DNA from: Lingula anatina | Lineage: Eukaryota; Animalia; Brachiopoda | Direction: 5' to 3' | Assembly (NCBI GenBank): GCA_051362555.1 | Contig: CM120646.1 | Coordinates: 22,816,001-22,880,000, forward strand | DNA length: 64,000 nucleotides | In this document: piece by piece, positions 52,201 through 64,000 of the stretch | Layout of the letters: each line of letters begins with the position of its first letter | Position numbering within the stretch: position 1 is the first letter of the stretch | The notes under the pieces: model-generated | The model's input: the letters and a program-made list of their open reading frames with translations, nothing else | Databases searched by the model: none | What the model was told of the DNA's origin: nothing | Program-made: the position numbers and the translations under genes

Positions 52201-55200
52201 GTGCAAAATACTTGCGAGCGCGTTACTAAAAACTTTTGACTTTCAGCTTGTCCCCTAAAATATTACTCATAGTCAATTTACATGTACGTATTTTAATAAA
52301 AGTGAAACTGTGATGAAAACGATAATACATGGATTATTTACATTTTCAAAAATGGACCCCAAACCCGCACATATTATATTGCTTTCATTACAGCGTTGAT
52401 TACAACTCTTCTCAAAGGAAACTCTGTGGATTTTTGGATTGGCTTCCATAAACGGTTCATAACTGGACAAAATGTCCAGAAAATAGAGTGGGTGGATAAT
52501 TCAAAGGTGGACTTTGATTACTGGAGCCGGGGTGAACCGAACGGTGGAACATATGGAGTTGGCATGGTAACTAGAGTAGCAAAACAGGAGATACGTCTAT
52601 TTATATTTTCTGACTAGCTTGTTTCTACAAATTATAAGAGGTAACTGTGTGTGGGAACAAGGGACGGTACAATGGATTTCAACAATTAAAACTGCTCGGT
52701 GTCTTTATGTTGTTTGACATTTAAGTTAAGACAATGTAAAGGTTAAATGTACAAACTGGATTAATCTCTCCAAATCGTCAAAATTAACTGCTAATTGTGT
52801 ATGTATGTGACTAAACACATTAATAAGTATATACAGTCACTTCCGTCAGAGTATAAGCATTATCTTCCAGGAAGATTGCGTCAACGTAATTTCTCGTGGC
52901 TTCTCGGCCGGACGTTGGCAGGACCGCAGGTGTGATATTAAGATGGGGTTTGTGTGCCAAACGTGGAAAGGTGAGAGGATATTTCCACGTCTGCAATTGT
53001 GACTTATGATTTTGATGCTGTAAGCTCAATTTGTTTTGGTTTACATTTAAATGTGTGATATCGGCTGACAACCAACATGAGTTCGGAAGCGGCCAGGAAG
53101 ACATGATACTTGATGCTTTTGACGGATTTCTACAATCATGAATAAAATTATTACTGATCTTCATTTCATTCTACTGGTTTCAGATGCCAGATATCCGACT
53201 CCACAACCCTCCCAGTCCCCGTCACCCTGTCCCCTTGGTTACGAGTCGTTTGGTGACGCTTGTTACCAGGTAACGGCAGCCATGACGTGGGAGGAGGCCA
53301 ATGCCACGTGTCGACGTCAACAGGACCACCTCGTGTCTATAACTGAACCGTATGAACAGGCTTTTGTTTTGCTGAAAAGACAGAGGCATACGTCTGGGCC
53401 AATTTGGTTAGGGCTGACGAGGAGAGGGGTGAGGAAGATTTGTATGAAAATGGTTACTTTAATAATTTCAGTGAAGGCTATATTATAAGAACGCAAAGAA
53501 ATATGACCAATTAAAATACTGTCACTTTTCACCTTGAATATGACATGAACTTAACAATCACCTGCAAAGACTATTACAGAGGTACATTGCCACACTGGGC
53601 AACCAATGTGAAGAGAAGGAAACAAAACAAAACAAAACAAAAACAAAAAAATATTATAATTTTATTAAATTTTATTGATTTTATATGATAATAAGAAGTA
53701 TTTTTAGTTTTTAAAATTCATCGATTGATCACACAGATAGCTTAAAGTAATGTCCTGTAATTATTCTGTTTTGGTTAATATAAACATTATTGAAGTATAA
53801 CTCAAATGTGTCAAAACTGTTATCATACGTATATGAAATCTTCATTGACACGTTTCATTAATAAAAGAAGAAAGAAACTGACCAAATGCAACTATTCATT
53901 TAAAATAACGTTGAATCTTCCTCTGGCAGTCATTATACTACTGGGTGGACGGTTGGCCTGTATCATATGTCCACTGGGGGTCCACGGAGCCGTCACGTGG
54001 TGAGACAGACAGGTGCGTGGCTCTGATGCCAGACGGGAACTGGAACGACACGGACTGTGGTTTGAAACTGCAGGGAATATGTAAAAGGACGTCAGGTTTG
54101 TGGGTACTGGATGTGTTAGGTGTGACGCTTATAAATGTGTTATGATGCGGCATTGCCTTTGAGTTCCTATGTTCTACAATTACCGGTGCTGTGCAATTTA
54201 ATGTTATTAGATTTTTCACCAAATCGCACTTGTCAACTCTTTGAAAAAGATCGATTTGATTTTTCAAAGTAGAGTGACAAACTGACGAAATGAAATTCAC
54301 GTACCAGTGTGTTACATGCAATATATACATGTAGCTCCTCACATGTGCTTTACCTTTGACAGTCAAAAGGCACATTAAGAGGGCATTGGGACATGTATCC
54401 CACTACTTTAGCTTCCCCTTATTTACTTTCCGTTCAGACATATACCTAGATTTGGTTGTAAGAATTTTGCAAACTATAAGAAATCACCTTTGCAGTCATT
54501 CCACCCACGACAGTCGTCAACCCCCCTGGTAGATGCCCGGATGATAAGCACTGGTTTGACCATGGCGCCTACTGTTATATGTTTTCCAACAGAACCAGTT
54601 ACTCGTATGGCTGGGCACATTCGAGTTTTCTGTGCCAAAAGCATGGGGGAGCGCTGGCGAGCATCACTAATCAGGACGAAATGGACTTCATTTTACGAAC
54701 AATACAGCAGGAACGTTATGAAAAGCGAAACCTGTGGATAGGACTTGTGAGAAAAATAAAAGGTGTGTTGAGTCTGGATCGTAAAATACCGTCAGGACCA
54801 GGTGTGAATTTGAACGAAAGGATACCATTTTTCACCAGAGTTTTGTTTTTGGCCTGATATTTGTACATCCCATGTGTGCATCCCAAACATACACACGAGA
54901 ATAACGAAACTTTTTTATGCTGAGTTATATGGCATTCATTTGTTGTTGTAGGTATAAAACAGTTAGGATAAAAGTACAGATACTTTCATTAAAGGTAGTT
55001 TTTAAACAACAGAACTGTCTCTTGAAATTAAAACCGGATTTAGTCTTCGTTGTTCTCATGCTTACATGTAAGCAAATTTTTCATTGGTCTCATTTGACCC
55101 CTGACCCTAGGCGCCTTCGCCTGGTTCGACCACACCCCGTTTAACTACGAAAACTGGGCGGTAGGAGAACCCGACAACGGCAATTATAAAGAATGCACCT

Positions 55201-55522
55201 CTGTCCACCCAGCCAACGGGAAGTGGGAGGTGACCAACTGTTACGCCGCCAGGGGGTTCATATGCAAGGTTGCTAAAGGTAAGGGGGTATTTGGTTTTTA
55301 AAATTGGTTATTCAGTTTATACCGTAGGTTTACTTTATAAAAAGAATGTTTATTGATTAAGAAAATGACAATATTATCATGGGGATACAAGAGATGGCAG
55401 TCTAAAAATTATTGATTTTTTCAATCAGTGGTAATTACGATAGTTAATTACCCCTAGCGGTGTAAGACAAATATTGTTTTGATGCTTTTCAACGAAATGC
55501 TGTCATCTAATTGGAACACACA

Positions 55523-55558
<36 letters not shown>

Positions 55559-58500
55559 TTTAAAAACAGAACAAAAGGTGTATAATTATTTGATCCTTCC
55601 TATCCAGTCCCTCCGCCAACAACCCCCAGACCATCTTGTAGACCCGGCTGGCACACAAAGGACGGCATGTGTTATAAGGTAAGGACATTTTACTCCAGGA
55701 ATACCATGTGATTCCGTTTCTAAAGCAAATACTTGAAAATGCTCCTTGTCGGTTAAGCGATTCATATTTTAAATAGTTTATACGAAGTTTTTTTTTAGGT
55801 TAACGCCTCTTTATCATATTCGTCTTTCATTATTGTTTCGTCATGATAACATTAAAACATTAAAACAAAAACCCAAGAAGGAACCGTGATTTTCTTCACG
55901 AATCTTAAAAAAAAAAGAAAATAATGCCAATTATTGATTTCTGCGTACACAGGGATATTACAAGTCTCTCACACATAAGAAGACCTGGTCAGAGGCACGC
56001 AGTTTCTGTTTGTCACGAGGCGGGGACTTAGCCAGCTTCCACAGCGCAGAAGATGTAAGATGGTTCACGGCTACCATAGGGTTCTACAGCAGGTACGCTT
56101 TAAAAAAGTCAAAATTAGAATGACACAAGTTTATATCGCGTTTGCATGCATTTATAATACTGTACTTTTTTTTCAAAAAGGGGTATATCTGCTCAGTATT
56201 CTGTAAGAGTATGCTATTTAGAAAGAGTATAAAGTGCATGTATATGCATGTTTGTTTTGTATATGGGCGCAATAGGACAGTGAAGTATGCGTCTTTGAAA
56301 TCACTTTCATGTGCTGATTACACTATTTCATCTTAGGTACGATTTGTATAGGACGCCAGCGTGGATTGGGCTCTTCTTGGCAAATGGCACCACAGGTAGG
56401 TGTGACTCTTAGCCTAAGAAATGTCAGTCATCTGGTTTACGCGTTGTAACTGTATTATAATTTAATTAACAAAACACAAATATCGAAGCACTTTGCCTTT
56501 GTTTGAGTTTTTGACACATTTTTCTGTCCAAGTATTTATATCTTTATAAGCAAATTCTTATCTAATAAAAGGAGGAAATGCAAGATCCGTTGCGTTGTTT
56601 GAAATATCTCACCACCATACAAGCAGAAAAAAGGAAACGTCAAACAGAGGTTATCATTTTGGTCGTCATTAATGCCCACGTGTTCATTGCATATGCACAG
56701 GATTGGCCAGTCAGTATACGTGGTCTGATGGCACGTCATTCAACTACAGCCACTGGGAGGTAGGTCAGCCAGACAACCACAACGGGAGGGAGAACTGTGT
56801 TGCTATGTACCCCCACACGGGGAAATGGCGGGACGATAACTGTGTCGGCGCCAGGAGCTGGATATGTATGGCACCAATAGCCGCCACTACACTGCCGAGT
56901 GTCACGACGCCATCTGCCACTGGTATTTTGAAAATATACTGCATGTTACATTGTTAAAATCAGTTAATTTAACTATTATTACCTAACAGTAAATCATTGT
57001 ATCAATCCTCATCATCCACGTTATTATTTTTATCAGTAGTATTATTATAGTATAAATGCATGCACTGATATTTTTATTTATCGAAGTGATCGCTATTTTT
57101 ATTTTTCTCGATCGAATAGTATTTTACTTCAGGATACAAAATTGCGGTAGCTTGTTCAACAATTTTTCATCATAGATCATACATTTAAATAAAAATTGCC
57201 AATACCCTTGCAAACTGTTTTAGGTTGGTCTTAATTACTGATATAAAACACACCTATCAACTTAATAAAAAAATTAATCATTGTATTTTCAGAAAACACT
57301 GAATGCGGCGTGAAGTGGAAGTCCCACGGCGAGTACTGCTACTTTCTAAGTGACCGGCCCAGGCCAGGGGAAGGGGGACCTATGTCGTGGTATAGGGCCA
57401 GACAACATTGTATCCATACGGGTGGAGACCTCCTCAGTATCAACACTCAAGAGGAGGCTGACTTTATTACGACACACATCAGCCAAACTAACCACCTTAA
57501 AATGTGGCTAGGAGCAAATGACCTTGACCTACAGGGATACAGGTACTGGTAAAACCTTTTACTTAATTTGATGTATTTAAACGAGCGCAACATTGATGTA
57601 AACTAATAATTATATTTCCATATGAATGCCAATGTGAGTGTGGTGAGTTGTCAGGAAACATGACAATTTACATACTTTCTTCTGTGGTGCGTATAAACAC
57701 TATTTCGAGGATTTGTAGATAAATATACATGTATTTGCATTACAGATGGTCTGATGGCACCCCAATGCTGTATACCAACTGGGCGAAAGGGCAGCCGAGT
57801 TCAAAATATGGCGAGCAGAGATGCTTGAGTATCAATACAGGGAAAGAAAACACACAACCTGGTAAGGTGAACTGCAGTTAAGGCACCTTGCAGTCCATGC
57901 TAGGATTAGAATAAAGGTGCAAAACATTGTTATCGCGTCTGTCAAAAAATGACAGTATTTGTTTCTAAGCTCAAATCCACACGTAAACGAGATTTTAGAA
58001 ATAATTTCAGTTGAACTAATACGATTATCGTTTCTGGCTAAAAAAACACTTCTTGCTCCCCAATTGAGATGTTGTTTTTCATTGAAGGTACTCTAAACGA
58101 CGACCCATGTACCGAGTTGTTACCTTTCATTTGCAAGAAACCCAAAACTGGCGGCACACCGGGCACAATCACCACCACACCCACCATTGGGGGGTTTTGT
58201 CCCCGCGGGTTCGACGGAATAGGTGAGAATGGCATTGTGGTTAAAAACATATGTATATCAACATTCACTAAATTGGTAAAGTTTATTTTCCCCTTGTGTT
58301 CCAACAAATAAAGAGAGAGTCAATCAAGATTGCACACTGCTTTTGGTTACTTTTATAATGGAAGAAAATAAAAGAAATGTTCACTTCCCATTCCATGAGT
58401 TTATTTAAAATTTATTTTGTCACTGAAAAAGATATTTTCTCTCCGTGTCACAGGTAACCGATGCTTTGCGTTATTCGGGGATGGCGAGAGGGACCGTAAA

Positions 58501-61500
58501 AATTGGACAGATGCTGCTGCTGCGTGTGCCGCTCTGGGACCTGCCTATTCCTTGGCCAGTATTACAAACTCTCTAGAACAGGGTAAATTACAAGTGGAGA
58601 TGCTCTCCCAAATTTCCTTTTTTACCGAGAAATAAAAAGCACGTGATTTTGACGAAAAATAATAATAAAACTTGCACAGAAAAATCGACTTTAGTAACGG
58701 TTACTTGGGTGGTAAAATGAGATTTTTACGGAAGAACCATATTACCTTACATTACCTGTACACAGGTATGAAAAGGACAATTATATATGTATCACAACTG
58801 AGTTTTTTATAATTGAATTCCCCGAAAGCCATGTAAATCTTTGAGTACTTCGTATGCTAGTCATAATCCGCCTGACCAATAGTATTTCTTATTGTTTATC
58901 GCTTTAGCGTACATAACCAGTCGACTCCAATACAAAGAAACAACCTTTTGGATTGGTTTAAACGACTTTGACAACGAATATTTCTTCCACTGGGTAACCA
59001 ATGAGGAAGTGGCTTACGAAAATTGGGATCGGTTTGAACCAGCGGCCTATCAGAATGTGAGTAATAACTTTACAAGCAAGCATTTTTAGCAAAAGCTACA
59101 TATTAAATGGGAAATGTCATCAATAACATCCCTACATTGCAGGCATTTAATAATTATATTTGAACAAGCCAGTAGCAGACCAATTTTGACATGTGATCGA
59201 TTTGTTGCCTTGGTGTCGCCCTTGATTTAACGTACATTACGATCAAATAAAGCTAGCTATATATTGCTGATGTTTTTCAGGAAAACGAAGAAGACTGCGT
59301 ACTTGTCAAATCTACTCGAGGACGAATAGGAAAATGGGCAGATGAACGCTGCTCTATTCCTACTGGTTACATCTGTCAAACATGGAAAGGTAATTTACAT
59401 TAAACCTTTATTGTATTTACAGGGAATACTGGCATTAAAAAAGATATGCTTGAGGTCTATCTCGGCCCGGGATGATAACAAATGGGTATGTCAGTACCAT
59501 GATAACAGTGAGGGATTCTTGTCTCCCACATTGAACAGTGTGAGGACCGTGGATCAGAGCGGCTCCCATTCAATAACCTACTTATTTATGGGTCAGAAAA
59601 ATTAATAGAAAAATAAAACAGAGTCATCTGAAGGTCGTGAGTTCGATCCTCACCCGGGGCAGAGTTTTTGTCTCTCGCCTGCATTTCACCAAAGAGTGAC
59701 TCAAACAACTCAATTTCTGTTTCTGTTTAACAGCGCAACATAGTTGCCTTTCTGTCAATCAAATTTTACCTTATGTCGAAAGAAAAAATTCACTTTGGAC
59801 GAAAGTCCGTTAATTGTGACATTGAGGTTGGCCAAACAATAAATGAATTTTCGTTTCTTTTTCGCATCTTTTTTGTCGCTCTTTCTCCGGTCGAGAAAAA
59901 TATGTGGATAATTATTGTCAATATCGAGCCTCGGTAGCGTAGTAGGCAGCGCGTCAGTCTCATAATCTATGGCTTAGAGCCATCTGAAGGTCGTGAGTTC
60001 GATCCTCACCCGGGGCACAAACGTTTTTGCTTCACGCTCATAAATGCCGTTGAATGGGTAACACCAATACTTTGACATGACAATTGAGTCCTCAGCCTTG
60101 TAGGCCAAAATGTTTGTTTTGGCCTCGCCTATGATTAATTTTGTGTCATTTTGATGTTAGGAAAGAAAAGATGCTCAGACGATCAGAATTTAGACTTTGT
60201 TATGCATCTATTATTGCATCTATAGTTAGACCGAAGTCAAACACACGTCTTAAAGCTGTACGTTTGCAGTGATAAATGAAGTAAAATAGACTGAAAACAC
60301 TTTTTGAAGATTCCAGCATCCAAACCACAAGATCAACATCGACAGCCGAAACTTCTAGAAACACCTGTCCATCAGCTTACACCGCTCTCGACGCAAAGAC
60401 ATGTTATAGACTGTACAAAACCCCCAAAACATGGACAGATGCCCAATTACAATGTGAGAGAGACAAAGCATCTTTATTTGTTGTCACCGATGCCGTTATG
60501 GAGGCCAATGTGTTGGTCTTGATGGACAGATGGGCCGAACATACTTTGTGGCTCGGACTGAAGGACGACGGTGAAGTAAGTTTTCTCAAACTAAAACCAT
60601 GCGTTGAATATGTGCACTATTGTGTTTTAAGGGTAAATGAAACTCATTTTTGCAGATTTTTAAAACAAGTTAACCAAAATGTCCAAGTTTATAGATCTTG
60701 ACAATATTGCTTTGCCGACATAATTTATATCTTGTTAAATAAGTGAAACCTACCACTAGAAATTCCCCCAAAGTCTACCCGCACGAAAACGAAGTAGATA
60801 CTCCAGCGCAGTAGACTACTGCAATCATACTGCAAACATGCTTCAAATCTGCTTCGATGTGGGAGCTTATTAGCATATTTGAAACATGCTTCTATCATGC
60901 TGCTAATCTACTGCATTAATGCTCCTCCTCTGTACAACCCTATGTAATTTTTGAAGTAGAATTGCAGTAGGCTATACTGCATTTCTACTGCAAATATGCT
61001 CCACACCACTACTGCATTAATGCTTCTTTGCTACTTCGATACTGCTGCATTTTTGTGCGGGTATACTGAGTATCATATGATGGTTTGCCTATAGGGACAC
61101 ATAGCGTGGGTAAACGGATGGCCATTGACATATACGAATTGGGATGTAGACAGCCCTAACTTGAAGACGGGTGAAAAGTGCGGTGTTATAATGGATAATG
61201 GGTTCTGGAACGTGACAGATTGTGGGGGCAGCTTACCTTTCATCTGTGCGGCAACCACGGGTTAGTGTGAATTTATAATGGGTACCGGGGGTTATATTGA
61301 ACTGAAGAGGGGTTTTGGATGTATTGGACATTAGCAAACAATTATAAAAAGTTCAAAATGCATCTCGAAGTTTAATTTGAATACATTAAGTCCACTGCTG
61401 CTAACTTGATAATCAAATATAGTCCAATATTGATAAGCTGTTATATTCATTTATCGGTGTGTTAAGCATTTATCGAAATGGCATCATCTCATCTTGTTAA

Positions 61501-63963
61501 ACACTATGTTGCATTCTTGTACTTGGCATGATTCTGCACGCGTTGTTTTGATGCCTTTGATCACATTGCTTGTATTTACGCCAAGATTTTATTGCAGTAA
61601 TGTTTATTTCAGCCAAACCCCCAAGTGTTACTCCTCCGACCCCAGGTTGGTGCCCCAGGGGGCAGGGCTGGGTGGGGCACGGGGCAGGGTGTTACTATTA
61701 CGACACGCACGCTCAACTTAACTGGGCCGAGGCCAACTTTGCTTGCTATGAGCGCGGCGGCCATCTTGCTTCATTTCACAACCAAGAGGAGATCGATTTC
61801 ATACTTGGTGCGCTTGAAAGGGAAAACAGGCCAAGAAATTTGTGGATCGGGCTTGTTAGAAGTGAGAATGGTACGTCACAAAATCGATAATCTTTTAAAT
61901 TTGATATTAACTCAAGTTTATTTAATACAAAGGCAAAAATTCTGATTTGTATATCCAACAAAACATCACTTACCTGTATAGAATGCAATATATTTTTTAT
62001 AAATACTGTACCTATTAGCAAAGACTTACAACATGTAGCTACTTGTATAATGCAATGCATATATACTGAAGAAAATGCTGAAATTGAAACAGATTTTTTA
62101 ACCGACATGATTGCCACCTAGATACCTTTGCGTGGTACGATGATACCGTCGTAGACTTCACCCATTGGGAGCCAGGGCAACCCAATGACTTTGGCGGGAA
62201 AGAAGATTGTGTAGAGTTCAAGGTCAGCTCTGGTTGGTGGGATGACACTGAGTGCACGGTGACCATGGGTTTTCTGTGCAAAACTAGAATAGGTGAGTGT
62301 TGTGAACCATCTGTGCGCTCTTAATGCATGCTCCTGCAAGTAACGGTATTTGGATACCTCTGCTAATTATAAACCGCAGTTTATATTATCTACGGATATT
62401 CTCTGAACCAGAGACATATCTGTGACCATCTACTGGAAAAACAATCTGTGGTCCTGGTAGAGGGTAGTACCCTGTATTTGGACAAATCTTTGACATTATC
62501 CAACAGTATTAAAATTTGTGATTTTGCAACATCATGATATTTCGCCCTAACTATTATTTCATTGCCATGGGCTTTCAAAGAAGAAAAAAGTGTCATATAC
62601 GATTTCGACACTTAAGCATACATAACTCTTTGCAAAAGGCGACAAAGTAAACGAAAAACAAAATATACATATCGAAATAAAAACTTAGACTATAATTCTA
62701 AATCGCCATGTGTTTGCAGTGTCAGGTACGGCAGAGGTGGGATCTGTTGGTACAGTGTCGGAAAACTGCAGTGATATAACTACATCTCCTGGTAACTTTC
62801 AGGATCTCTCTCTGGAACACGTAGGTGGGTATAGTATATAAGAAACACATTTTATCTAAAATCATAATAAGGTAGACGCATTGTGCTTTAGGGACCATTC
62901 CCATACGAAGCATTCAGGTTCAGACATCGTACCAGCTGGATCTATCCAGTTTTGGGGGGATTCTCGATAAAGTGCAGTCAATTTAATCAGTTTAAATTTC
63001 TGAAACGCCTCCTCGAGCAGCTGAAGGGTAATTAAGCCGAACGCACACGGAAGTTACTTTAGCGAACATCCCCACAGAGTTGGATCGATTTAGCTGGTAT
63101 TATATTTGAATCTGAACGTTCGCATAAACATACCGACCTACGCGGAACGACCCTTCAAGGGCTCTCGACAAGGGCAATCAGCTTAACATATCAACACGCC
63201 TCTTCCTGGCGTTAAAGAAAAAAAAAGTAGGCACGTTGGAAACGAGAAGAGACGTGTCCTTTAGTTAAGCTGATTGCACTTTGCGAGAGTACCCGCTAAA
63301 TTGGGCTGTTCCACGTATACCAATGGTGTGACCACGGGAATTGGGTCTTATTTCTTTGATATTCAGGGGAAGGGGGGATGCACAAAGTTACTGATTTTAT
63401 TATGTCTTTTCTTGAATATTTGTTTGATTTTATTTGGTAGATTTGAGTAAAAACAAACATTCATGAAATTGTTTAATAAGAGTGAACTGTTGCCAATGCA
63501 ACAAAAATATTATAACTTTAATTTCGCCATTGACCATGAGTAAGATAATTGCCACTTTTAGGAAAATTAAAACTCATATAAAAGAATACTTTTGTTTTCT
63601 TGCAATCATGAGAATACTTTTGTTTTCGTATAATTATTGATTAAACTAATTAGAAGTTTCAATAATCGATTCTTTTTCAAGGAAAAACTGCCGTTCTGTG
63701 AATTGTAACTTATTTTCTTATTAATTGTATGCTACTTAATGCAAGTGCTCTCAGAAATAAACTCCCCTACTAACTATCTACCAGGTGTCGCGATGAACAC
63801 TCCGTACGTGGTGGCCGTGGCCGTCCTCTCCGTGATCGCAGCCGGTCTTGTGGTGGTTGTTGGAGTCCTGCTGAGAAGAAAAAATCGTCGCTCTAATATG
63901 TCTGCCTCATTCTTCACCCAGACCAGTGATGTAGAGTTTACGCCCACCATGCCGGAAACCTAA
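40275..63963 (+). CDS. Multi-exon macrophage mannose receptor-like type I membrane C-type lectin, gene 2 (signal peptide + 16 CTLDs + TM + short tail); paralogue of gene 1
   Basis: Signal-peptide exon 40275-40341 (MAVWMMDRGTFLLSVLTLLMPY, upstream in-frame TAG). Later exons are collinear with gene 1 D1-D16, mostly with the same intron positions and phases (for example 40858-40947, 41439-41568, 41794-41900, 42306-42421, 42927-43055, 44470-44631, 45865-46035, 46711-46948, 49339-49553, 50065-50246, 53184-53428, 54496-54762, 57293-57542, 60310-60566, 61613-61870, 62121-62292). Terminal exon 63785-63963 reads GVAMNTPYVVAVAVLSVIAAGLVVVVGVLLRRKNRRSNMSASFFTQTSDVEFTPTMPET*. Confidence 0.9.
41082..41287 (-). 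mobile_element. Non-autonomous DNA transposon copy with a poly-G tract
   Basis: Termini ccgtggcgtaatcgggg...cctggattcgcccctg; flanked by the direct repeat tacgt on both sides; homologous to 2929-3070. Confidence 0.6.
42696..42840. mobile_element. MITE (PIF/Harbinger-like) with CAG target-site duplication
   Basis: ggcccgtatctcgaaa...tttcgagttacggggcc imperfect TIRs; cag on both flanks (42693-42695 and 42841-42843). Confidence 0.75.
55517..55556. repeat. (CA)n microsatellite
   Basis: Tandem CA with one gcgc interruption. Confidence 0.9.
59620..59661 (+). pseudogene. 5'-truncated tRNA-Met gene copy (intron tail + 3' exon + T-run)
   Basis: agagtc-atctgaaggtcgtgagttcgatcctcacccggggca has a 3' exon identical to 59982-60017 and is followed by TTTTT. 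The 5' half is absent. Confidence 0.85.
59928..60017 (+). tRNA. tRNA-Met-CAT: tRNA-Met (elongator, anticodon CAT) with a 17-nt intron at the canonical 37/38 position
   Basis: Acceptor stem GCCTCGG/CCGGGGC, discriminator A. D arm GCGT-AGTAGGCA-GCGC. Anticodon stem TCAGT/TCTGA with loop CT-CAT-A (CAT at 59961-59963). Intron 59965-59981 (atctatggcttagagcc). T arm GTGAG-TTCGATC-CTCAC. Pol III terminator TTTTT at 60024-60028. Confidence 0.93.
60778..61061. mobile_element. Non-autonomous DNA transposon (CCC termini, TA TSD, subterminal ctactgca repeats; EnSpm/CACTA-like)
   Basis: TA|cccgcacgaaaacgaagtag...ctgctgcatttttgtgcggg|TA; multiple ctactgca/gcagtag motifs inside. Confidence 0.75.
63139..63317. 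repeat. Imperfect long inverted repeat (fold-back) in the last intron of lectin gene 2
   Basis: tacgcggaac...ctctcgacaagggcaatcagcttaacatatcaacacgcctcttc pairs with gaagagacgtgtcctttagttaagctgattgcactttgcgagag...gttccacgta. Arms about 65 bp. Confidence 0.65.
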
Positions 63964-64000
63964 TGGCTTGTGTGTTGGATTTTATGTAGATGAAGCTTGG

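Noticed and set aside
62720-62725. Possible 6-bp micro-exon (gcag|TGTCAG|gtac) before the TM exon of gene 2
   Set aside because: It is frame-compatible but has a weak pyrimidine tract and no homology support; chance occurrence is likely.

Overview
AT-rich, intron-rich eukaryotic DNA from an invertebrate metazoan (the taxon cannot be fixed from sequence alone). The window holds a compact cluster of three cell-surface receptor genes. (1) A + strand macrophage mannose receptor-like gene, 5'-truncated by the window edge, with at least 17 C-type lectin domains (CTLDs), a Ser/Thr stalk, a TM helix and a short tail (<1-24088). (2) A complete - strand receptor tyrosine kinase-like gene (26186-38276; 24 coding exons, about 1660 aa: signal peptide, 10 Ig, 2 FN3, TM, duplicated Tyr-motif exons, kinase). 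Its kinase has GFG instead of DFG and is a probable pseudokinase with three ITIM-like motifs. (3) A complete + strand paralogue of gene 1 with 16 CTLDs (40275-63963), head-to-head with the kinase gene. Both lectins contain a tandem duplication of the five-domain block that resembles vertebrate MRC1 CTLD4-8. They differ in EPN/QPD sugar motifs at equivalent positions and share an apparent gene-conversion tract. Also present: an intron-containing elongator tRNA-Met(CAT) gene and a 3'-half copy inside a lectin intron, a Ty3/Gypsy integrase relic, a degraded LINE, several MITEs, and minisatellites associated with exons and splice sites. All gene models were assembled by hand from splice signals and reading-frame phase; no database searches were run.
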